Source of the DNA: Gemmatimonadota bacterium
GTDB lineage: Bacteria; Gemmatimonadota; Gemmatimonadetes; Gemmatimonadales; GWC2-71-9
NCBI GenBank assembly: GCA_024641745.1
Contig: JAHECL010000002.1
Coordinates: 1-62,813, forward strand
Direction of reading: 5' to 3'
Length of the DNA stretch: 62,813 bases
Shown: piece after piece, positions 18,174 through 26,511 of the stretch
How positions within the stretch are numbered: the stretch's first letter is position 1
Layout: every line of letters begins with the position of its first letter
Translations under genes and position numbers: made by a program
The notes under the pieces: generated by a model
Told to the model about the DNA's origin: nothing
The model's input: only the letters and a program-made list of their open reading frames with translations
Database searches by the model: none

Positions 18174-18971
18174 ATGGCAGAAACCTCCCGCCCGCAGCTG
18201 ATCCGCATCGAAGTCGACCGCCGACTCGGCCACGAATGGGACGAGTGGGACGGGCAGCCGTTGCCGAACGAGGGCAACTACGACTCCCCGCCCCACCTCT
18301 TCTTCCAGTGGTCGGCGGCGGGGCTGGCCGCGGCACTCGGCGTGGTCGCCATCGGCCTCTACCTGCTCGGGCCGCGCATCGGGCTGCTCATTGCCGGGCT
18401 CCCGCGCACCCTCTGGATCGGCCTCGGCGCGGCGTCGGCCGCCGCTTGGCTCTGGTGGATCCTGATCCTGCTGAGCTACGCGACGAAGCGGTCGCTGCTC
18501 CCGGGACGACTCGCCGAGCGGGGGCTCTTCCTGCGGCTGATGCGCGTGACGTCACGGGTGGCGGACCGGTTCGGGCGGCGGGACTGGGTCGAGAATGCCG
18601 CCGTGAAGGTGTACAACGCCCTCGCCCTGGTCCGCGCCAGGGCGGTCGGGAAGGGTGAGCTGCTCCTCCTCGTGCCGCGCTGTCTCTCCAAGCCGGCCAT
18701 CGACGGCGTGCTCGCCCTGTCGGGCAAGTACGAGGTGCCGGTCTTCGTGGCCACCCGCGGCCAGCTGGCCCGGCGCGTCATCAAGGAGCGCCGCCCCCGG
18801 GCGGTCGTCGCCGTGGCCTGCGAGCGGGACATGGTGAGCGGACTCCACGACGTGGCGGGCAAGCTGCCGGTGCTGGGGCTCACGATGACGCTGCCGTCCG
18901 GCCCCTGCAAGGATGCGCGGCTGGACCTGGAGCAGCTGGAGGAGTGGGTGAAGGTGTTTGTGGGGGCGTAG
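18174..18971 (+). CDS. DUF116-like membrane protein
   Basis: From the ATG at 18174. There are three N-terminal TM helices followed by LLLVPRCLSKP...AVVAVACERDMVSGL...GPCKDA, the cysteine-containing C-domain I associate with DUF116. Confidence 0.65.
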   Translation: MAETSRPQLIRIEVDRRLGHEWDEWDGQPLPNEGNYDSPPHLFFQWSAAGLAAALGVVAIGLYLLGPRIGLLIAGLPRTLWIGLGAASAAAWLWWILILLSYATKRSLLPGRLAERGLFLRLMRVTSRVADRFGRRDWVENAAVKVYNALALVRARAVGKGELLLLVPRCLSKPAIDGVLALSGKYEVPVFVATRGQLARRVIKERRPRAVVAVACERDMVSGLHDVAGKLPVLGLTMTLPSGPCKDARLDLEQLEEWVKVFVGA

Positions 18972-19553
18972 CTAGTTCGCGGTTGCCGGCCCCGGCTTCG
19001 GCGGCGTCGCCGTGCTGTCCGCCGGGGCCGCCCTGGTGGAATCGCCTGGTGCGGCTCCCGGTGGGATGACCGTCGGTGGTTCCGCCCCCGGCACCGGATA
19101 CCGGCGCGCCATGTCGGTCAGCACCTTGGCCACGCGCTGGGCCGCGACATTGTCGGGCGGAGCCTGCCGGTCGAGTTCCCGGGGCGGCAGCGACGGATTG
19201 GCGAGCGGTCGGATCGCCGTCTCCACCCGGAACGACGCCCGGGCATGCCCGTAGGCGTTGACCCACCCCCGCACCCGCACGATGCTGTCGCCCAGCACCC
19301 GTCCGGTGGACACCGCTCCCGTCCGCGCATCGAACCACTCCGTCTCCAGATAGCCGTCCCGCGTTTCCACCCGGCTCACCGGAATCGAGTCGGTCCGCAG
19401 CGCCTCGGCGAGCAGCGCGGTGGCCTTCGGGATCTCGAGGTCCACCACCGCCTCGGCCGCGGTCGGCAGCGGGCCGAAACTGGGGCGCTTGGTGTACGGC
19501 TGGCACGCCAGCAGGGCGAGCAGCAGGAGCGCGGGGCGGCGGAGGAGTCGCAT
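18972..19553 (-). CDS. Lipoprotein, unknown function, Pro/Ala-rich C-terminus
   Basis: MRLLRRPALLLLALLACQ is a lipobox-type signal. Coding-like composition continues to the stop, which abuts the convergent gene. Confidence 0.6.
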   Translation of the reverse strand: MRLLRRPALLLLALLACQPYTKRPSFGPLPTAAEAVVDLEIPKATALLAEALRTDSIPVSRVETRDGYLETEWFDARTGAVSTGRVLGDSIVRVRGWVNAYGHARASFRVETAIRPLANPSLPPRELDRQAPPDNVAAQRVAKVLTDMARRYPVPGAEPPTVIPPGAAPGDSTRAAPADSTATPPKPGPATAN

Positions 19554-20224
19554 CAGTCCTGGTGGTCCGGCGTTCCGGGGGCATGGGTGTGGGGCGTCTT
19601 CACGCCCACCGCGGTATCGCCCCCGTCGGCGATGGAGTCGGTGACGTCGCCAGCCGCCGCCGGCATCGTCTCGTCATGCGCCTCCCCCTCGGCGTGCTCG
19701 TGCCCCGCCGCCCGGTTCTCGAGTTCCGCCTCCATCGCCTCGGTAGAGATGCCGGCGGCGTGGTCGAAGACCAGTTCGCCACCCTCCCGGCCCGTCGCGA
19801 CCAGGAAGACCAGCCCCACGAGGCCGAGGGCGGCCGCTCCCCACCGCTCGCCGCGCCCCATCTTCGTTTCGCGCAGCAGACGCCATACCGCGAGGACACC
19901 GAAGCATCCGAGGGTAATCCACGCAAACCGTTCGTGGGCCTCCATGATGTCGTGGATCGCCTGTCCGTGCTCGATCGCGTCCTCGGCGCGAAGCCCCGAG
20001 AAGAGCGCGACGGCGGTGCTGGCCGCGCCGACGACGAGCGACCAGTAGGCGGCGCTCCGGAGGCTCTCCCGCTTGGTGAAGAGATAGGCGAGCTCGAAGA
20101 GCATCCCCACGACCAGCAGGGCCGGAGGAAAGTCGTTGAGGACGGCGTGCAGCCGCGGGGCGTCGTAGCCGAACAGCCCGCCGGCGGCGGCGGCGTCGCC
20201 GTGGAGGAACAGGGAAAGGAGCAT
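19553..20224 (-). CDS. DUF2231-like membrane protein with His/Asp/Glu-rich C-terminal tail
   Basis: 223 aa with 4 TM helices. The tail reads ENRAAGHEHAEGEAHDE...KTPHTHAPGTPDHQD. The stop overlaps the downstream ATG by 1 nt. Confidence 0.6.
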   Translation of the reverse strand: MLLSLFLHGDAAAAGGLFGYDAPRLHAVLNDFPPALLVVGMLFELAYLFTKRESLRSAAYWSLVVGAASTAVALFSGLRAEDAIEHGQAIHDIMEAHERFAWITLGCFGVLAVWRLLRETKMGRGERWGAAALGLVGLVFLVATGREGGELVFDHAAGISTEAMEAELENRAAGHEHAEGEAHDETMPAAAGDVTDSIADGGDTAVGVKTPHTHAPGTPDHQD

Positions 20225-20254
20225 GGCGCCCGAGGTCTTTCGTGGTCGGTGTGG

Positions 20255-21142
20255 CTAGAGGCCGAGGTCCACCGGCACCGGTGGATTGGCGGCATAGTCG
20301 TAGAAGCCCTTGCCGCTCTTCCGGCCGTAGAGCCCCGCCATGACCATCCGCTTGAGGAGCGGCGGCGGCGCGTACCGGGTCTCGCGGTACTCGGTGAACA
20401 TGATCTCGGCGATCTTGTAGGTGGTGTCGTTGCCGACGAAGTCGAGCAGGGTCAGCGGCCCCATCGGGTAGCCGCAGCCCAGCTTCATCGCGTTGTCGAT
20501 GTCCACCGTGCTGGCGACGCCGTGCTCCAGCGCCCGGATGGCGTCGAGCAGGTAGGGGACCAGGAGCAGGTTCACGATGAAGCCGCTGTTGTCCTTGGCC
20601 GCCACCGCCTCCTTGCCGAGGCTCTTCGCAAAGGCCATGGCGCGATCAAAGGTGGCGGGGGAGGTGGTGACGGTGCGCACGACCTCCACCAGCTGCATCA
20701 GCGGGACGGGGTTGAAGAAGTGGAGCCCCACGAACCGGTCGGCGCGGGCGGTGGCGGACGCCATCGCGGCGATGGTCAGGCTCGAGGTATTGCTGGCGAA
20801 GATGGTGTGGGCGGGACAGAGGGCGTCCAGCTCCTTCCAGAGGTCGTTCTTCAGGTCGAGATCCTCGGTGACCGCCTCGATGATGATGTCGCAGTCCTTG
20901 AGCGCCGACACGTCGGTCACGTAGGAGAGCCGGGCGAGGGCGGCATCCCGATCGGCGGCGGGGAGCTTGCCCTTCTCGACGAACTTGTCGAGCGACTTGG
21001 CGATGCCGGCCTTGCCCTTGGCCATGACGGCGTCGGACACGTCCCGCACGACGGTGGTGCAGCCGGCGGTGGCGGCCACCTGGGCGATGCCGCTGCCCAT
21101 CAGGCCACAGCCGAGCACGCCGACCTTCTTGATTTCTGCCAT
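20255..21142 (-). CDS. 3-hydroxybutyryl-CoA (3-hydroxyacyl-CoA) dehydrogenase
   Basis: 295 aa with the motifs KVGVLGCGLMGSGIAQV, SNTSSL, HFFNPVP and GFIVNR-like. Confidence 0.9.
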   Translation of the reverse strand: MAEIKKVGVLGCGLMGSGIAQVAATAGCTTVVRDVSDAVMAKGKAGIAKSLDKFVEKGKLPAADRDAALARLSYVTDVSALKDCDIIIEAVTEDLDLKNDLWKELDALCPAHTIFASNTSSLTIAAMASATARADRFVGLHFFNPVPLMQLVEVVRTVTTSPATFDRAMAFAKSLGKEAVAAKDNSGFIVNLLLVPYLLDAIRALEHGVASTVDIDNAMKLGCGYPMGPLTLLDFVGNDTTYKIAEIMFTEYRETRYAPPPLLKRMVMAGLYGRKSGKGFYDYAANPPVPVDLGL

Positions 21143-21159
21143 GGTGAATTCCGATTGGT

Positions 21160-21984
21160 TCAGGGTTTGAGCGCCTTGCGCACTTCCTGCACGAGTGAGG
21201 TGATCATGCTGGGCCGGTCAGCCGGGAGCGCCGTCGGCGGACGGTTGCCACGACGCTCCAGCTGGTCGAGGGCCCGTTCGAGGCCGAGGCGGACCCGCTG
21301 GGTCACGCCGGCATAGGGGCGGGTGGCGGCATAGCCCGCCGCCAGGGCCACCGGCAGCGGCACCAGGAGGATCGGGGGGAAGACCGCCAGCACCGCCAGG
21401 ACGATCGTCGCGGCCGCGCCGACCGACGTGATTGCCGCCGCGCCGCCGATGAACGCCCCGCGGGTCATCCGGAGGTCGGCGGTGAGCTGGACGTGGCAGT
21501 ACCCCGCCTCGAGCGGTGTGATGGTGGCCGCCACGGTACCCGCCTTGCCGAGCATGGCCCGGGCGCTGCCGGTGATCGCCGCCGCCGACATCCGGAGCGC
21601 GGCCTGGATGCCGCCCATCTGCTCCCAGCTGATCCGCCCGCCCTGGTGTCGCTGCACCACCAGGTGCTCCGTCTTCTCCATCCACTCGAGAAGAAGATGC
21701 TCCTGGAGGTCGACCGTCCCCATGACCACGCGATCGGCGGTGACGGTCCCCACGCCGATGGTACGGTCGAGCCAGCGCGACTCCGCCGGCCCGGTGCGCA
21801 CCCGCTCCTCCAGCAGCGCCTGCTGCAGGTACCGGGCGGGGATGCCCACATCCCGGCCGAGGGCCAGGACCTGGTCCTCGGTCATCGCGTCACCCACGTC
21901 GTGTTCGCCGGTCTGGAGCTCGGCGGCGCGCTGGATGATCCGATCGAGGGCGGCGCGGTCGATCCGTGCGGGCAGGTCCGCCAT
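21160..21984 (-). CDS. Hypothetical protein, soluble N-domain plus C-terminal double TM segment
   Basis: 274-aa ORF starting 6 nt after the SPFH gene stop. The hydrophobic stretch is GAFIGGAAAITSVGAAATIVLAVLAVFPPILLVPLPVALAAGYA. I recognised no family. Confidence 0.55.
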   Translation of the reverse strand: MADLPARIDRAALDRIIQRAAELQTGEHDVGDAMTEDQVLALGRDVGIPARYLQQALLEERVRTGPAESRWLDRTIGVGTVTADRVVMGTVDLQEHLLLEWMEKTEHLVVQRHQGGRISWEQMGGIQAALRMSAAAITGSARAMLGKAGTVAATITPLEAGYCHVQLTADLRMTRGAFIGGAAAITSVGAAATIVLAVLAVFPPILLVPLPVALAAGYAATRPYAGVTQRVRLGLERALDQLERRGNRPPTALPADRPSMITSLVQEVRKALKP

Positions 21985-21990
21985 CGGGTG

Positions 21991-22833
21991 TTAGCTCGTC
22001 TCCTTCTTCGCGCCGGCTTCGATGCGCGGGAAACCCGCCAGCACATCGGGGGCCGGGAGCGCGGGCGTGGGCCTGCCGGCCGCGGCGTTCTGTTCGGCCA
22101 TCTGCAGGAACGGCTTGATCAGGTCGATCGGGATCGGGAAGATCGTCGTCGAGTTGTTCTCGGCGGCGATTTCCGTGACCGTCTGCAGGTACCGGAGCTG
22201 CAGCGCGCTCGGCTCGGTGGCCAGCATCTTCGCCGCCTGCGCCAGCGTCTCGGACGCCTGGAGCTCGCCCTGCGCCGCGATGACCTTGGCCCGCCGTTCC
22301 CGCTCGGCCTCGGCCTGGCGCGCCATCGCGCGCTTCATCTGCTCGGGCAGGTCCACGTCCTTCACTTCGACGGCCGACACGTGGATCCCCCACTCGTCGG
22401 TCCGTTCGTCGATGATCCGCTTCAGCACCGCGTTGATCTTCTCCCGGTCGCTGAGCAGTTCGTCGAGCTCCACCTCACCGAGCACCGCCCGCAGGGTGGT
22501 CTGGGCCAGCTGGCTGGTGGCGTAGAGGTAGTCCTCGATTTCGATCACGGCACGCTCGGGATCCGACACCTTCATGTACAGGACGGCGTTCACCTTGACG
22601 GAGACGTTGTCCCGGGTGATGACATCCTGCGGCGGGATGTCGAGCGCCATGATCCGGAGCGACACCCGCTTCATCTGCGCCAGCCCGGCCGGAAGGAAGA
22701 AGAGGCCCGGGCCCTTGGTGTTCCAGTACTTGCCCAGGAAGAAGGCGACCCCCCGCTCGTACTGCCGCAGGACGCGGAGGCTGGCGAAGGAATAGGCGAC
22801 TGCGATCCCGAGTGCGATCAGCAGGACTGGCAT
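21991..22833 (-). CDS. SPFH/band-7 (stomatin/slipin-like) membrane scaffold protein
   Basis: 280 aa with an N-terminal TM helix. The sequence [16 protein letters not shown]...[15 protein letters not shown]...[17 protein letters not shown] is typical of stomatin-type SPFH proteins. Confidence 0.9.
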   Translation of the reverse strand: MPVLLIALGIAVAYSFASLRVLRQYERGVAFFLGKYWNTKGPGLFFLPAGLAQMKRVSLRIMALDIPPQDVITRDNVSVKVNAVLYMKVSDPERAVIEIEDYLYATSQLAQTTLRAVLGEVELDELLSDREKINAVLKRIIDERTDEWGIHVSAVEVKDVDLPEQMKRAMARQAEAERERRAKVIAAQGELQASETLAQAAKMLATEPSALQLRYLQTVTEIAAENNSTTIFPIPIDLIKPFLQMAEQNAAAGRPTPALPAPDVLAGFPRIEAGAKKETS

Positions 22834-22842
22834 GAGGACCTC

Positions 22843-24048
22843 CTAGGCCGGGAAGGCTTCGACGATGACGGCCGCACCCTGGCCGCCGCCGATGCAGGCG
22901 CTGCCGAGGCCGTAGCGGGTGCCGGTCTTCCGGAGCGCGTGCAGCAGGTGCAGTGAAATCCGGGTGCCGCTGGCGGCGAGCGGGTGGCCGATGGCGATGG
23001 CGCCGCCGTGGATGTTGGTGCGCGCGCGGTCGAGGCCGAGTTCCTTCTCGACCGCCACATACTGGGCGCTGAACGCCTCGTTCACCTCGACGAGGTCCAT
23101 CTGGTCCAGGGTGAGGCCGGCCTTGGCCAGCGCCTTGCGCGCCGCCGGCGCCGGGCCGATGCCCATGTACTTCGGCTCGACGCCGGCAATGCCCCACGCC
23201 ACCAGGCGGCCGATCGGCGTGAATCCCTTGGCGGCGCCTTCGCTGGCGATCACCACGGCGGCGGCCCCGTCGCAGATGCCGGAGGCGTTCCCTGCCGTGA
23301 CCACGCCGTCCTTCTTGAAATAGGGGGCCAGCCTGGCCAGCCCCTCGGCGGTCGTCTCGGGACGCATGTGCTCGTCGGCGCCCCACGGCTCGTCCTGCTT
23401 CGTCTTCCGGTTGCGGATGGGGACCGGGGCGAGTTCGTCGGCGAAGAAGCCGCCGTCCCACCCCGCCCTGGCCCGCTGCTGGCTGGTCAGCGCGTATTCA
23501 TCCACTTCCGCGCGCGAAATCTTGTACTTGTCGGCCAGGTTCTCGGCCGTTTCCGCCATCGAAAAGCCGCACTGCGGGTCCTTGAGCGACTCCCAGAGCA
23601 GGTCCTCGAACGGCGGCGCCGGGCCGAGGCGCAGTCCCCAGCGGGCGCCGCGCACCACGTGCGGCGCCTGACTCATCGATTCGGCGCCCCCGGCAAGGAC
23701 GATGTTCGATTCGCCGAGGAGGATCTGCTGGGCGCCCTGGATGATCGACTCGAAACCGGAGCCGCAGAGGCGGTTGACCGTCACGGCCGGTGTCTCGATC
23801 GGCAGGCCGGCGCGCAGAGCCACATGCCGCGCCAGGTAGATGGCGTCGGCGCTGGTCTGGAGGGCGTTGCCGAAGACGACGTGATCCACCGCCGCGCCCT
23901 CGACCCCGGCCTTGGCCAGGGCGTGCTGGGCGGCGTGGACGCCGAGGGTCGTGGCGGTCAGGTCCTTGAGGGTTCCGCCGAAACTGCCGAACCCGGTGCG
24001 GGATCCGGACAGGAAGAGGACGTCGGATTGCTGCCCCTGCGTTTTCAT
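22843..24048 (-). CDS. Acetyl-CoA C-acetyltransferase (thiolase II)
   Basis: 401 aa with the motifs VNRLCGSG (active-site Cys), NASGICDGAAA, NIHGGAIAIGHP and GLGSACIGGGQG. Confidence 0.95.
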   Translation of the reverse strand: MKTQGQQSDVLFLSGSRTGFGSFGGTLKDLTATTLGVHAAQHALAKAGVEGAAVDHVVFGNALQTSADAIYLARHVALRAGLPIETPAVTVNRLCGSGFESIIQGAQQILLGESNIVLAGGAESMSQAPHVVRGARWGLRLGPAPPFEDLLWESLKDPQCGFSMAETAENLADKYKISRAEVDEYALTSQQRARAGWDGGFFADELAPVPIRNRKTKQDEPWGADEHMRPETTAEGLARLAPYFKKDGVVTAGNASGICDGAAAVVIASEGAAKGFTPIGRLVAWGIAGVEPKYMGIGPAPAARKALAKAGLTLDQMDLVEVNEAFSAQYVAVEKELGLDRARTNIHGGAIAIGHPLAASGTRISLHLLHALRKTGTRYGLGSACIGGGQGAAVIVEAFPA

Positions 24049-24111
24049 GGAAATGCCCTTCGCGAAAGAGGGTCGGACAGGCCCGAAAGATGGCCCGAAC
24101 CGACCCCCCGT

Positions 24112-24252
24112 TCAAGGAAGGCAGAATGTGGCGGCCGCCCCGGCGATGCCGACCACCAGGTCGCCCAAGACGCCGAAGCCCTTTCCCTTCATGGGCTTGC
24201 CGGCGAGCCAGCCGGCGATGATCCCGACGATGATGAGGGTGAGGATGCCGAT
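24112..24252 (-). CDS. GlsB/YeaQ/YmgE-like small membrane protein fragment without a canonical start (possible pseudogene or ATC-initiated)
   Basis: IGILTLIIVGIIAGWLAGKPMKGKGFGVLGDLVVGIAGAAATFCLP* resembles the first ~45 aa of the transglycosylase-associated family. No in-frame ATG, GTG or TTG lies between it and the upstream TAA at 24315. GAGG sits 4 nt before an ATC codon. Confidence 0.3.
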   Translation of the reverse strand: MGILTLIIVGIIAGWLAGKPMKGKGFGVLGDLVVGIAGAAATFCLP

Positions 24253-24314
24253 GGAACCTCGGAGGGGAGTTTGGACGGCAGGCGTGCGTGCTGGTGAGAC
24301 TCGTGGCGGGCGGA

Positions 24315-24890
24315 TTATTCGCCGAGGACCCGCTCGATGCGCTGGTCCGGGATCAGCCAGATCAGCGCGACGACGATGTAGGCGGCGCCGGCCGCCCAGA
24401 CCTGGAAGAAGGACGCCATGATGCCGACGACGTAGAGCGCCAGCGAAAGATTGCCCTTCCGGTCGCGGCCGATGGCCCGGGCCAGCGGCGAATCGGGCCC
24501 TTCGACGCGGAGTGCCGCCCGCAGCATGATCGTATAGGCGATGGCGGCCATGAGCAGCACCACGCCGTACAGTGCCACGGGCGCGGGGGCGAAGTGGTTC
24601 TCGCCCATCCAGCCCGTCACGAACGGTATCAGGGAGAGCCAGAAGAGGAGGTGGAGGTTGGCCCAGAGGACGCCGCCGCTGACCCGGTGCACCACGTGCA
24701 ATGTATGGTGGTGGTTGTTCCAGTAGATGCCGAGGTAGACGAAGCTCAGCACGTAGCTGAGGAAGACGGGGAGCAGCGGCTCCAGCGCGGAGAAGCCGGC
24801 GCCGTGAGGCACCTTCATCTCCAGCACCATGATGGTGATGATGATGGCGAGCACGCCGTCGCTGAATGCCTCGAGCCGGCCGGTGCTCAT
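24315..24890 (-). CDS. TMEM175/DUF1211 family potassium channel homolog
   Basis: From the ATG at 24890: MSTGRLEAFSDGVLAIIITIMVLE carries the RxxxFSD signature in TM1. The protein is 191 aa with 6 predicted TM helices. The ATG overlaps the TauE stop (ATGA at 24887-24890). The track ORF 24315..25724 is a chimera. Confidence 0.8.
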   Translation of the reverse strand: MSTGRLEAFSDGVLAIIITIMVLEMKVPHGAGFSALEPLLPVFLSYVLSFVYLGIYWNNHHHTLHVVHRVSGGVLWANLHLLFWLSLIPFVTGWMGENHFAPAPVALYGVVLLMAAIAYTIMLRAALRVEGPDSPLARAIGRDRKGNLSLALYVVGIMASFFQVWAAGAAYIVVALIWLIPDQRIERVLGE

Positions 24891-25807
24891 CCGGCGCTCT
24901 CCGGCGCGGCGGCGGCGGGGGCCTCGTGCGCCGCGGCACGCAGCAGGTGCACGGCGGTGTAGACCACCACGACCACGACCAGCCACCGCACATAGTAGAG
25001 GTCGAGCGACCGCACGATGTAGGCGGCGATCAGCACCGCGGGGATCCCGCCCAGCGCGAGGCCGAGGGCGGCCTTCAGGTCGTAGCTCTGCTTGCGGATG
25101 AACTGCGTGCTCCCGATCGGCATCAGGAAGGCGCAGGAGCCCATCATGATCGGGAAGGCGGCGCGGGGGTCCATGCCGAGCAGGCTGATGAGGATGAGGC
25201 AGGGTCCGTAGAGACCGATGCCGAGCGACATCAGCGCCCCGAGGGTGAAATTGCCGAGGATGCCGATGGCGAGCCTGGGGCCGTGCAGGCCGAGCGCCGT
25301 GCCGCCGCCGGTGGTGGTGTCGAAGATCGCCATCAGCGTCAGGACCGCGGCGATGAGCAGGGCGATGCCCATGCCGACCTGGATCTTCCGACGGGGCCAC
25401 CGGGAGACGACCCCCGCGCCGAGCCACATCCCCAGCACCGAGGCGGCGATCAGCATCACGAGGGTGGGCATCTCCACCTCCACGATCGCGATGTAGATGA
25501 ACGCCTGCGCGATGGTGGGGAGGGTGTGCCCGACGTTGAGGGTGCCGGGCAGGTGCTCGTCCCGGACGAGGCCGCGCCACTTGAACAGCGCGGTCGTCGT
25601 TGCGAAGGAGCCGATGCCGAGGGTGTCGAAGAAGTCCGCCACGAAGCCGATGGCGTATTCCGTCGGTGTCGGGGCGATGCGCTCGGTGCCCTGGCGGCGC
25701 CGGATGGCCGACCACCAGAACCACGCGAACACGATGACGAATCCGCCGAGCGCGGTGAGCAGGGCGGCCTTCGCGGAGACCTGGGGGACGAGTGAGGCGA
25801 GTGACAT
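24887..25807 (-). CDS. TauE/SafE family anion (sulfite/sulfonate) exporter permease
   Basis: 306 aa, polytopic, with an internally duplicated 4-TM pattern (FFDTLGIGSF... / GIGLYGPCLILISLLG...). Confidence 0.8.
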   Translation of the reverse strand: MSLASLVPQVSAKAALLTALGGFVIVFAWFWWSAIRRRQGTERIAPTPTEYAIGFVADFFDTLGIGSFATTTALFKWRGLVRDEHLPGTLNVGHTLPTIAQAFIYIAIVEVEMPTLVMLIAASVLGMWLGAGVVSRWPRRKIQVGMGIALLIAAVLTLMAIFDTTTGGGTALGLHGPRLAIGILGNFTLGALMSLGIGLYGPCLILISLLGMDPRAAFPIMMGSCAFLMPIGSTQFIRKQSYDLKAALGLALGGIPAVLIAAYIVRSLDLYYVRWLVVVVVVYTAVHLLRAAAHEAPAAAAPESAG

Positions 25808-25817
25808 CGGCGCGCTC

Positions 25818-26252
25818 CTACTGCGTCGGTGCGGTGGAGCCGCGGACGGTCACCGTGATTCGCACGGCGCGGCCCGTCGGTGCGCCGGTGACCACGAGCT
25901 GGTACTCCCCGGTCGTGTTGGCCCGGATCTCCCAGGTGGCGCCTCCCTGCACGCCGCCCGACATCATCTGGCCGACGTAGGGCAGCTGCGTGCCGCTGGT
26001 CCGCGGACGCAGCTGCAGCGTGACGCCACGGACGTCGGTCTCCGCCCAGTAGACGCATCCCGCCTGCAGGGCGATGTCCCGCCGCTCGCCGGAGTTGTTG
26101 ACCTCGGTCGCCAGGACCGTGCTGCCTGTCTCGAGGGGACAGGCGCCGCCTTCGGCCGCGGCGGCCGGCGCGGGAGTCGAGGTGGTGTCGCCCTGACTGG
26201 AGGGGCTGCAGGCGACAAGCAGGACAAGCGCCGCGAGCGGATAGTGCCGCAT
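25818..26252 (-). CDS. Small lipoprotein, unknown function
   Basis: MRHYPLAALVLLVACSP is a lipobox signal. The protein is 144 aa. Confidence 0.6.
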   Translation of the reverse strand: MRHYPLAALVLLVACSPSSQGDTTSTPAPAAAAEGGACPLETGSTVLATEVNNSGERRDIALQAGCVYWAETDVRGVTLQLRPRTSGTQLPYVGQMMSGGVQGGATWEIRANTTGEYQLVVTGAPTGRAVRITVTVRGSTAPTQ

Positions 26253-26332
26253 GATGACTCCGGGAGAGTGGAAGGAAGGAAGGGAATCTACGCCGACTTC
26301 ACCGCCAGGCGAGGCGTGGTGGACCGCTCAGC

Positions 26333-26361
26333 TTGACGCATTCCGGAATGCAGACCATATT
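26333..26361 (+). promoter_or_regulatory. Candidate sigma70-type promoter for the small ORF/heme oxygenase unit
   Basis: TTGACG (26333-26338), a 17-nt spacer, then CATATT (26356-26361), in a locally AT-enriched gap. A 6-bp inverted repeat, ATGAGA-N5-TCTCAT (26382-26398), sits just before the ATG at 26401. Confidence 0.35.
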
Positions 26362-26400
26362 GGTCGCAATACAAAACTTACATGAGAGTGGATCTCATCT

Positions 26401-26511
26401 ATGCGCATTGCTCCGATTCTCGCCAAGTTTGGGATTGTCGGTACCCTCTTCTTCCTGATCAAGGGGCTCATGTGGCTGATCATCCCCGCGCTGCTGGTGG
26501 CGCTCCAGTGA
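26401..26511 (+). CDS. 36-aa hydrophobic mini-protein (single TM)
   Basis: Own reading: ATG at 26401 gives MRIAPILAKFGIVGTLFFLIKGLMWLIIPALLVALQ*. It is below the ORF-track size cutoff. Its TGA (26509-26511) overlaps the GTG (26508-26510) of the heme oxygenase frame. Confidence 0.4.
   Translation: MRIAPILAKFGIVGTLFFLIKGLMWLIIPALLVALQ

Noticed and set aside
19562-21316. 584-aa plus-strand ORF, together with other long shadow ORFs such as 16757..18658, 24866..25795 and 30064..31080.
   Set aside because: They are antisense to, or out of frame with, confidently identified genes (DUF2231/Hbd, the FAD oxidase, TauE and selD), and their composition is low-complexity.
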